DNA of 34,853 nt, taken from IMG/VR virus record IMGVR_UViG_3300025070_000114, positions 1 through 34,853 of that record; one strand, given 5' to 3'. Under the pieces are notes generated by a model that made no database searches, was not told the DNA's origin, and was given only the letters and a program-made list of their open reading frames with translations. The stretch comes from a virus (lineage: Duplodnaviria; Caudoviricetes). A program made the translations under genes and the position numbers. The first letter of the stretch is position 1; the number at the start of each line of letters is the position of its first letter. This document shows positions 16,524 to 23,313 of this stretch, piece after piece.

Positions 16524-17128
16524 AGCTCAATCTCCCACGAGGCGGTCGGCTTTTCTTTTGCTAACTGTTCCTTCCTGCGGCCTTCCCATGTTCTAACTGT
16601 AGCCTTCCAAGATTTCATTTTATTTGTCCCCACAATCCATCCCCTTGATTCGTACCAGTCCACAAATCTCTCAGCATCTAAACCATTCCCTCGCTCCTCA
16701 CAGTAGGCCTTCACCTGCTCCACTGTTGGTGGCTTAAATATATTTGTTTCTTGTTTATTGTTTAGTTGTTGTCGCTTTGTTTGTCGTTTGCTTGTCGTTT
16801 GCTTGTCGCTGTCCTGATACTGGCAGTAGTTAGTTATTGATATGATTGAGTATTTACTGAAATTCTGCTTGTCAATTTGGTGACAGTTTTCGAACCGTTT
16901 GATTGTCGTTCTTAAACGCCTCACTGATATGCCTAGTCTGGCACTCACTGAGTTAAGGCCGAAAACTATCTGTCCTCTCTTTAAATTCAATGGCTTACCG
17001 TTAAATGAGACGGTCTTATCCTCCACCGCAGCACCCATCAGGAGGTAGAGCCAAAGCTTCAGCGCCTCGGGGTCGTCCCAAACAAACGAGTCTTGTATCT
17101 TGCGGTCTAATCTAATCCACCCGATCAT
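16520..17128 (-). CDS. Replication initiator (lambda O / replisome organiser-like)
   Basis: GWIRLDRKI, LKRGQ, ISITNYCQYQ, FKPPTVEQV..YC, MKSWKATVRTWE; internal iterons; precedes the helicase. Confidence 0.85.
   Translation of the reverse strand: MIGWIRLDRKIQDSFVWDDPEALKLWLYLLMGAAVEDKTVSFNGKPLNLKRGQIVFGLNSVSARLGISVRRLRTTIKRFENCHQIDKQNFSKYSIISITNYCQYQDSDKQTTSKRQTKRQQLNNKQETNIFKPPTVEQVKAYCEERGNGLDAERFVDWYESRGWIVGTNKMKSWKATVRTWEGRRKEQLAKEKPTASWEIEL
16734..16812. promoter_or_regulatory. Putative replication origin: four iterons plus AT-rich segment
   Basis: TTGTCG(T/C)T at 16769, 16781, 16792 and 16803 (11-12 bp period) next to AT-rich 16734-16768. Confidence 0.75.
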
Positions 17129-17517
17129 ATCTCAACCCCTGCCGCATCTAGCACGGCCTGAGCCTTATAGATTGCCTTGCGGTCTTCAGGGGTAGGGTTT
17201 AGATTCCCCTCGCTTGCCCATACCTGCACCAATTCCATCAGGCATTTAGCTGAGTCTATCTCCTCGCGGGTAGCCTTGTTAAACTCCGGCTTATACCCGT
17301 CCTCGGGGTAAATATCTGGCCACGATAATGACGCAGCCGATAGAATCACCTCTGCGGTACATCCTGCGAAACAGTGAATAAGAATCTTACCGTTGTCTAA
17401 GTGTTTGATACTTAAAGAATTAGACCCGTCATCGTGGGCAGGGCATTTCGCCATTGCCTTGTCGCCAGATTGCCTGACATCCTCGAGCCTTGATAATACT
17501 TTGCTATAGTCTGACAT
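17125..17517 (-). CDS. Stand-alone primase-type zinc-finger protein
   Basis: CPAHDD..SLSI...IHCFAGC; only 130 aa, no TOPRIM domain. Confidence 0.75.
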   Translation of the reverse strand: MSDYSKVLSRLEDVRQSGDKAMAKCPAHDDGSNSLSIKHLDNGKILIHCFAGCTAEVILSAASLSWPDIYPEDGYKPEFNKATREEIDSAKCLMELVQVWASEGNLNPTPEDRKAIYKAQAVLDAAGVEI

Positions 17518-17597
17518 GATTTTCCCTTTGTGTTTTCAAAGGGATAGGGTATTCTACGCATAGCCGCGCAGTTTCCCCTCCCCTTGTGTCTGCGTGG

Positions 17598-18206
17598 TTA
17601 GCCCCCTTCGGGGGGCGTTTCTAACAATTCACCCCAACGGGTAAGCCCTGCATACTCTAGCCTTTTCGGATTTCGCATTTTCCTTAAGGCCTTGCCGTAT
17701 ATTTGCCTCACCCTCTCCTTACTCACCCCGTACACATTGCCTATTGCCTCCCATTTATGTTCCTCCCCCTCGAAACCGAGCCGTAGCGATACGACCTCCG
17801 CCTCTCTTTTGGTTAGCATCCCCAACATACTGCCTACTGCCTCGCGCTTTGCCCCTATCTCCATAATTTGGGCAGGGTCTAGCGTGTCCTCCTCGAGGCG
17901 CACTAGCTCGTTAGCGTTTGCCTGTATAGTTTTTTTGTTGGTCTTTAGCGGCTCGATTATCTGAGCCTCGGGGTATAATTCGTGCGGCATGAGATTAAAA
18001 AAATCACATAGCCTCATAAAACACTTACGATACTCCCCGCGAAAATCGTACACGCTTTCCTGCAAGTTTAAATATCTGCAAGCCTGAGTATAAGTAATCC
18101 CCGCCTGCCTTGATAACTCAGCAGCGGAAGCAATCCCCTTCCGATCCATAGCACTAGCTAATAGATTATTTTTAACCTTTATCTCTACCCTATAATCCTT
18201 CATCAA
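17598..18206 (-). CDS. HTH plus sigma70 region 4 fusion protein
   Basis: C-terminal LTKREAEVVSLRLG...IGNVYGVSKERVRQIYGKALRKMRNP resembles RpoD region 4; N-terminal AELSRQAGITY HTH. Confidence 0.8.
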   Translation of the reverse strand: MMKDYRVEIKVKNNLLASAMDRKGIASAAELSRQAGITYTQACRYLNLQESVYDFRGEYRKCFMRLCDFFNLMPHELYPEAQIIEPLKTNKKTIQANANELVRLEEDTLDPAQIMEIGAKREAVGSMLGMLTKREAEVVSLRLGFEGEEHKWEAIGNVYGVSKERVRQIYGKALRKMRNPKRLEYAGLTRWGELLETPPEGG

Positions 18207-18309
18207 ACCCTCCCCTCGCTCAGGCCTTCACAGCGGCGATCTGAGCGATGTTAATTATACCCCTTGTGTTGGTATTAGTTTCCCATTTAAATCGCTTACA
18301 CGCGAGCTG

Positions 18310-18531
18310 TTAAGCCTTCACGATGGATATTTCAGCTTGCATGTAGGCTGTCGCAATATCCTCACACTCTTTTTGGAGTAATCGCATACCATTATCGCGG
18401 TATTCTCTCTCTACCAGAAAGGATTTATCCTTTGCATGCTCGCGAATGTAAGCTTGCTTCGCTTGCTCGGCTTGCTCCTCGGTCTGATAACCCAAACCGA
18501 ATAAGCCGTTCTTTCCCTTTAATCTGTACAT
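18310..18531 (-). CDS. Hypothetical early protein
   Basis: 73 aa, overlaps the upstream ORF. Confidence 0.65.
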   Translation of the reverse strand: MYRLKGKNGLFGLGYQTEEQAEQAKQAYIREHAKDKSFLVEREYRDNGMRLLQKECEDIATAYMQAEISIVKA

Positions 18532-18722
18532 ACTATGCCTAGCCCCTTATAGTCTGGATGTCCCGCCTCCCCTTCACTGGTTCGGCTACCACCTGTAGCG
18601 TACCACAGGCAAACCGACTCGGTATAGTATTCCTCGGCGTTTATTTCATCCTCGTAATCCCATTGCCCCGCGAGCAGTAATAAACCCGCGAGAGTTAGCA
18701 TTGCCAGTGATTCCTTAAGCAT
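18519..18722 (-). CDS. Small membrane-anchored or exported early protein
   Basis: GGAGG RBS before ATG 18722; hydrophobic LAMLTLAGLLLLAG followed by an acidic domain with two Cys. Confidence 0.65.
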   Translation of the reverse strand: MLKESLAMLTLAGLLLLAGQWDYEDEINAEEYYTESVCLWYATGGSRTSEGEAGHPDYKGLGIVCTD

Positions 18723-18897
18723 GATCGTCCTCCAGTTTTGGGTAAACATTGAGCGCGTACTCCTGCGCCTCCTCTATTTCCTTCGGTGTGCATAGCTGCG
18801 CTAGGTCATCGACTAGCTGTAAACTATCCGCCAGTCTGTGTTTTGGCGCTGTCAACGCGAGCATAAGCGCGTTAGTTAAGGCTTGTTGGTGATTCAT
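18715..18897 (-). CDS. Hypothetical early protein
   Basis: 60 aa, ATGA overlap with the upstream gene. Confidence 0.65.
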   Translation of the reverse strand: MNHQQALTNALMLALTAPKHRLADSLQLVDDLAQLCTPKEIEEAQEYALNVYPKLEDDHA

Positions 18898-19259
18898 TTT
18901 ACTTGCTCCGGCAATTCATCAAAGACCGCATAAGCTTCGCCGAACGATTCCGCGATCTTGGTAAACTTTTCCGCATAAGTTTCGCCATAAACCTCTGGCT
19001 TATCCCAAAACCCTGCGCCGTGGCCGTTGCGAGTAAGCCAGAAATCATGGCCCGCTTGCTCTATATTGTCCGGTGATAGGTAACACACAATGCGGCTATA
19101 GAATGCCAGACAATCGATTATAGACTCGCGGAGGAATTCCTCGTCTATTTCTGCGCCAATTGGCGGCTGCCCCTCCTCGCCCAATTCTGTAAAGTCTACC
19201 GCTTCAAGGTACGCGGCGATAAATTGAGACTCTTTCTTATTGGTTTCTATTATGTGCAT
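18894..19259 (-). CDS. Conserved phage hypothetical protein
   Basis: AGHDFWLTRNGHGAGFWD motif; AAGGGGA RBS. Confidence 0.75.
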   Translation of the reverse strand: MHIIETNKKESQFIAAYLEAVDFTELGEEGQPPIGAEIDEEFLRESIIDCLAFYSRIVCYLSPDNIEQAGHDFWLTRNGHGAGFWDKPEVYGETYAEKFTKIAESFGEAYAVFDELPEQVK

Positions 19260-19260
19260 T

Positions 19261-19404
19261 TTATTTTCCCCTTAAGTGATTGATTAGCGATAGGCATAAT
19301 TCTATATCGCGAGCAGCCCCTTCCTGTCCGGCTTCTGTTAAATCTGGAAGTAGCGTTGTTTCTAGCCATGCGGTATAGGCATTGATTTCGGATTCAGTCC
19401 ACAT
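19261..19404 (-). CDS. 47 aa early protein not in the ORF track
   Basis: MWTESEINAYTAWLETTLLPDLTEAGQEGAARDIELCLSLINHLRGK; GAGGGGA RBS; fills the gap exactly. Confidence 0.7.
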   Translation of the reverse strand: MWTESEINAYTAWLETTLLPDLTEAGQEGAARDIELCLSLINHLRGK

Positions 19405-19437
19405 AAAATTCCCCTCAAGTGTTTGATTGTGTTATGA

Positions 19438-19698
19438 TTAGCTGTACTTTATATGTTCTGCTATTTGCTCATCTAGTAACGGTTTGACCGATTCGGATAT
19501 AAATTTTGCCCCGTCTGGCGTTTCATTAGGTAAGGCCGCCAATAGCCCCTTGAGCGCTTCAGAGTGACTAACAGTCATATAGGCCGCCAATTCTGCATAG
19601 TGACATAGAGTCTCGTATAGCCCCTCATCATTGTTTAGCCATAAGGCCACGTTCCAATCATTCTTATTTGCATAACCTTTGAATGTTTCTTTTGTCAT
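19438..19698 (-). CDS. Conserved phage hypothetical protein
   Basis: GYAN..DWNVALWLNNDEGLY motif; AAGGGGA RBS. Confidence 0.75.
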   Translation of the reverse strand: MTKETFKGYANKNDWNVALWLNNDEGLYETLCHYAELAAYMTVSHSEALKGLLAALPNETPDGAKFISESVKPLLDEQIAEHIKYS

Positions 19699-19744
19699 TG
19701 TCTTTCCCCTTGTAAGTAATGCCCCGCCGAAACGGGGCGATTGA

Positions 19745-19960
19745 TTAGATCATGCTATCGAGTCTTTCTTCCAATTCCGCTTTGCTCGAGCAATAGATTT
19801 CATTAAGCCAGTCCGCCCCTTCAATCCAATAGCCGATGTCCCTACCGACTCGATCTATTTCTATCGTCAATCCTAGCTTTGCCGCTTTGCGTCTTAGCTT
19901 GGCAAGTGATATAGGGTTGCTTTGGTTTAGCGTGTTACTTAAAAGCTTCTCGAGTTTCAT
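19745..19960 (-). CDS. Hypothetical early protein
   Basis: 71 aa, GAGGGGA RBS. Confidence 0.7.
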   Translation of the reverse strand: MKLEKLLSNTLNQSNPISLAKLRRKAAKLGLTIEIDRVGRDIGYWIEGADWLNEIYCSSKAELEERLDSMI

Positions 19961-20001
19961 GATATTCCCCTCGGTAATGCGCCCCGTAGGGCGCGTATTG
20001 T

Positions 20002-20241
20002 TTAAAGTCTATTATCTTGCATAGCTTCCGCTAGTGTTTCGCAATAATTACCGCTTTCAAAGAATGGCGCATCGCCCGATCTAGAAGGATCAATTGCTCG
20101 CCAGACAACGAACGGGTGTAGCGAGTGTTCGCGCTTTACTATTGCCATCGCGGATGGATAGCTAAACGAGTCACCGTTCGAATTCTTAACTAGGTCAATT
20201 AACTGGCCGTTTACTTGTTCTAATGCTTTGCTTAAATCCAT
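20002..20241 (-). CDS. First gene of the early operon, hypothetical
   Basis: AAGGGGA RBS before ATG 20241 (MDLSKALE...). Confidence 0.7.
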   Translation of the reverse strand: MDLSKALEQVNGQLIDLVKNSNGDSFSYPSAMAIVKREHSLHPFVVWRAIDPSRSGDAPFFESGNYCETLAEAMQDNRL

Positions 20242-20297
20242 TGCGTGATTCCCCTTAAGTGATGCGCTGCACCGTTGCCGCGCTTTCGTAAAGTACA

Positions 20298-20315
20298 TTG
20301 CATGCGCCGTGCCAA
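20298..20315 (-). promoter_or_regulatory. Sigma54 (RpoN) -24/-12 promoter
   Basis: Minus strand TTGGCACGGCGCATGCAA: TGGCACG-N4-ATGC, exact GG-N10-GC spacing, about 60 nt upstream of the first early gene. Confidence 0.75.
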
Positions 20316-20338
20316 GTCCTGCCAACAATCGAAAACAA

Positions 20339-20368
20339 TTTTAAAACTTCAATGATTACAACGCGTTG
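20339..20368. promoter_or_regulatory. IHF-like binding site
   Basis: TTTTAAAA tract, then TTACAACGCGTTG (2 mismatches to WATCAANNNNTTR), between the sigma54 promoter and upstream repeats. Confidence 0.35.
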
Positions 20369-20393
20369 CGGATGAAAATAAATTCACCGGATT

Positions 20394-20422
20394 GTTTTAC
20401 TGTATAAATACACAGTGTTCAA
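20394..20422 (-). promoter_or_regulatory. Sigma70-like promoter with LexA box in the spacer
   Basis: Minus strand TTGAAC-N17-TAAAAC; the -10 lacks its final T. Confidence 0.45.
20398..20417. promoter_or_regulatory. LexA (SOS) box
   Basis: TACTGTATAAATACACAGTG = CTGT-N8-ACAG with AT-rich spacer. Confidence 0.8.
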
Positions 20423-20482
20423 AAGTGTTACTGTGTTACCGTAAAGTGTTACCGTGTTACCGTGAAAGTGTTACCGGTAACA
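20422..20482. repeat. Phased TGTTAC array
   Basis: TGTTAC at 20426, 20434, 20447, 20455 and 20469; inverted GTAACA at 20477; unit AAAGTGTTACYGTGTTACCGT with 21-22 bp period. Confidence 0.9.
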
Positions 20483-20535
20483 GATTGGGTTGGGGGTTGG
20501 GTGTAGGGTATTGGCTGCCTATCAATCCCTCACAT

Positions 20536-20573
20536 TTAGCGAATCTCGCCAATAGTTAGCGAATCTCGCCAAT
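20536..20573. repeat. 18-bp direct repeat x2 (TTAGCGAATCTCGCCAAT)
   Basis: Copies at 20536 and 20556, each containing a GCGA-ATC-TCGC dyad. Confidence 0.9.
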
Positions 20574-20804
20574 GTGTAGCGTATTTGACGAAGGGGGTCG
20601 CGGATTGGGGACGGGGAGGGGCGTGCGTGCGTGCGAATCATTATAGTTGCCCCCCAAATTTGCAGCAGGCAAAATTAAAAAAAAGCCAGAATTAGCATTA
20701 ACTCCCGCGCACGTAATATCTAGCGTTGTACAAAAATTAGACAATAATTAAAACTCATGTTTCAATGCAGTTAATTAATCTTAGATAATAGATACGAACC
20801 TGTT

Positions 20805-21167
20805 ATGAAAGACAACACAGATAAGCCTAAACGCAGAGTAGGTAGACCCCGCAAGGATGAGCTAATCCCACCCAAGAGGGGTAGGGGTAGACCCAAGGGC
20901 GACCACTCAGCTATGCAGGAGATGAAGCAGAGGTTCTTGGCTAGAAGAGACACCCCTGCGGTAATCAACTCTATTTACAAGGCGGCTATGGATGACGACC
21001 ACAAGAACCAAGCTGCTGCGTGGAAGCTGATTATAGATAGGGTCTTGCCTGTCAGTGCATTCGACAAGGACAAGATGGGCGGCAAGCCTACGGTCAACAT
21101 CACTATCTCAGGCGTAGGAGAAACTCCTGTGATAGACGGAGAGGTTATAGACCATGAACCTGATTGA
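20805..21167 (+). CDS. terS: Terminase small subunit-like protein with AT-hook motifs
   Basis: First late gene, upstream of TerL; VGRPRK and RGRPKG motifs; AAWKLIIDRVLP and a beta-strand C-terminus. Confidence 0.65.
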   Translation: MKDNTDKPKRRVGRPRKDELIPPKRGRGRPKGDHSAMQEMKQRFLARRDTPAVINSIYKAAMDDDHKNQAAAWKLIIDRVLPVSAFDKDKMGGKPTVNITISGVGETPVIDGEVIDHEPD

Positions 21168-21573
21168 TCTACTGGTTAAGCATGAGGGCTTACGGACTAA
21201 GCCGTATGAGGATACGACCGGACACCTAAGTATTGGTGTTGGGAGAAACTTAGACTCATTGGGGTTATCCCACGATGAAATCTACTATATGCTCAAGAAC
21301 GACATCAGAAGGTGTGAGGAAGAACTGGATAACACCTTCCGGTGGTACAAGTATCTAGATCAAGTGCGTAAGGATGCTATGGTATCATTATGCTTCAATC
21401 TTGGTATTACTAGACTGAGGAAGTTCAAACTGGCTCTTAAGTCTATGGAGACTGACGACTTCGAGGAAGCTGCCGATGAATTCTTAGATTCTCTGTGGGC
21501 GACTCAGGTTGGTCAACGGGCTGTAGAGATAACTTATATGATTCGATTTGGAGAATACTATGCCAATGGTTAA
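21154..21573 (+). CDS. Endolysin, T4-type lysozyme (GH24)
   Basis: HEGLRTKPYEDTTGHLSIGVGRNL, FNLG, DSLWATQVGQRA. Confidence 0.9.
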   Translation: MNLIDLLVKHEGLRTKPYEDTTGHLSIGVGRNLDSLGLSHDEIYYMLKNDIRRCEEELDNTFRWYKYLDQVRKDAMVSLCFNLGITRLRKFKLALKSMETDDFEEAADEFLDSLWATQVGQRAVEITYMIRFGEYYANG

Positions 21574-21673
21574 TGGTAAGAAATACGCATACACAACTAA
21601 AGGTAAGGCCGCTGCGAAGAAGGCAGCAGCTAAAGCCGGAACTAAGCCTAAGATGGCGAAGAAGCGCAAGTAA
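21560..21673 (+). CDS. 37 aa Lys/Ala-rich protein not in the ORF track
   Basis: MPMVNGKKYAYTTKGKAAAKKAAAKAGTKPKMAKKRK; GGAG RBS; TAATG coupling to the next gene. Confidence 0.75.
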   Translation: MPMVNGKKYAYTTKGKAAAKKAAAKAGTKPKMAKKRK

Positions 21674-22068
21674 TGGCCTACACTAAACCCGGATTACGCG
21701 AGAGCATTAAGAAGCGCGTAATGGCAGGGTCTAAAGGTGGTAAGGCAGGTCAGTGGTCAGCCCGTAAAGCCCAACTCGTAGCACAGGAGTACAAGGCTAA
21801 AGGAGGCGGCTACTCTGGCGGCAAGACTAGTAATCAAAAGTCTTTATCCAAGTGGACTAAAGAGGATTGGGGTACTAAGTCAGGCAAGCCGTCAACCCAA
21901 GGCAAGAAAGCCACAGGTGAAAGGTATCTCCCTAAGAAAGCTAGGGATTCTCTTTCCTCTAAGGAATACGCCGCTACCTCGCGGAAGAAACGTGAGGATA
22001 CAGCTAAAGGGAAGCAGTTTTCTAAGCAGCCCAAGAAGATAGCTAAGAAGACCTCGAGAAGTAGATGA
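21673..22068 (+). CDS. Highly basic conserved phage protein (DUF5872-like)
   Basis: GSKGGKAGQWSARKAQL...YKAKGGGY and ERYLPKKA motifs. Confidence 0.75.
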   Translation: MAYTKPGLRESIKKRVMAGSKGGKAGQWSARKAQLVAQEYKAKGGGYSGGKTSNQKSLSKWTKEDWGTKSGKPSTQGKKATGERYLPKKARDSLSSKEYAATSRKKREDTAKGKQFSKQPKKIAKKTSRSR

Positions 22069-23312
22069 ACCTAAACATAAGTCTCCTAGAGTGGCAGAAG
22101 AAGGTTTGGAACGACCCCACGCGTTTCAAAGTGGTTGCTGCGGGTCGCCGGACGGGCAAGTCTCGTTTGGCGGCTTACCTTTTGATCGTCAACGCCCTGA
22201 AGTCCGATAAGGGGCAAGTGTTCTATGTCGCCCCCACTCAGGGTCAAGCTAGGGACATTATGTGGAATCTCCTCTTGGAGATAGGCCAACCCGTTATAGA
22301 AAACTCTCACGTTAATAATATGCAGGTCAGGCTGATCAACGGCACTACGATTAGCTTGAAAGGTGCGGACAGACCTGAGACTATGCGTGGTGTAAGCCTT
22401 AAGTTTCTGGTCATGGACGAATACGCGGACATGAAATCAGATGTTTGGGAGCTTATCCTTAGACCTGCGTTGACAGACCTGAAGGGCGAGGCTTTATTTA
22501 TCGGGACACCAATGGGTAGAAATCATTTCTATGAACTCTACAAACAAGCCAGTTTAGGCACAGACCCCACTTATAAAGCATGGCACTTTACCAGTTACGA
22601 CAATGACTTACTTGATGAGTCAGAGATAGACGCAGCTAAGCAATCAATGTCCTCCTATGCCTTCCGGCAGGAGTTTCTTGCTTCCTTCGAGGCTAGAGGC
22701 TCTGAGATGTTCAAGGAGGATTGGATTAAGTTTGACGAGGAAGAGCCGACTACAGGTGACTACTATGTCGCCATTGACCTCGCGGGCTTTGAGGAGGTCG
22801 GCAAAAAGACCCGAAACAAAAAGCTTGACAACACTGCTATATCTATAGTAAAAGTCGGCGAATATGGATGGTGGGTTTGTGATATAATAGCCGGACGTTG
22901 GGAGTTGAATGAGACTGCCCAAAAGATATTTCAGGTTGTTAGGGATTACGAACCCGTCTCAGTAGGCATAGAGAAAGGCATAGCCCGTCAGGCTGTGATG
23001 TCTCCGCTTACCGATCTTATGAGGAAATATCAGCGTTTCTTCCGTGTTGAGGAACTGACTCACGGAAACAAGAAGAAGACAGACCGTGTGATGTGGGCAT
23101 TACAGGGTAGGTTTGAGAATGGCATTTGTACCTTAAACAAAGGTGAGTGGAATGTCCAATTCTTAGACGAGATATTTCAATTCCCTGATGCTCTAACACA
23201 CGATGACATGGTGGACGCACTAGCCTACATAGATCAGTTGGCTACTGTGTCCTACGCGTATGACTTTGAAATTGATGACTACGAAGTCATAGATTCTGTT
23301 TCGGGATACTAA
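22065..23312 (+). CDS. terL: Terminase large subunit
   Basis: AAGRRTGKS Walker A, YVAPT, LVMDE Walker B, IGTP, nuclease motifs AIDLA and HDDMVDA. Confidence 0.96.
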   Translation: MNLNISLLEWQKKVWNDPTRFKVVAAGRRTGKSRLAAYLLIVNALKSDKGQVFYVAPTQGQARDIMWNLLLEIGQPVIENSHVNNMQVRLINGTTISLKGADRPETMRGVSLKFLVMDEYADMKSDVWELILRPALTDLKGEALFIGTPMGRNHFYELYKQASLGTDPTYKAWHFTSYDNDLLDESEIDAAKQSMSSYAFRQEFLASFEARGSEMFKEDWIKFDEEEPTTGDYYVAIDLAGFEEVGKKTRNKKLDNTAISIVKVGEYGWWVCDIIAGRWELNETAQKIFQVVRDYEPVSVGIEKGIARQAVMSPLTDLMRKYQRFFRVEELTHGNKKKTDRVMWALQGRFENGICTLNKGEWNVQFLDEIFQFPDALTHDDMVDALAYIDQLATVSYAYDFEIDDYEVIDSVSGY

Positions 23313-23313
23313 T

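Noticed and set aside
17601-17620. GCCCCC-UUCG-GGGGGC hairpin as a terminator for the - strand operon
   Set aside because: Lies within the last codons of the sigma-like gene and has no U-tract on the - strand; a + strand antisense terminator is possible but unsupported
20422-20573. Short repeats as a mini CRISPR array
   Set aside because: Repeats are adjacent with no unique 25-45 nt spacers, and there are no cas genes
20556-20744. 62 aa - strand ORF in the control region
   Set aside because: Runs through G-tracts and repeats, with no RBS or protein-like features
20726-20754. Late sigma70 promoter TTGTAC-N17-TAAAAC
   Set aside because: Weak match in an AT-rich stretch with no supporting element
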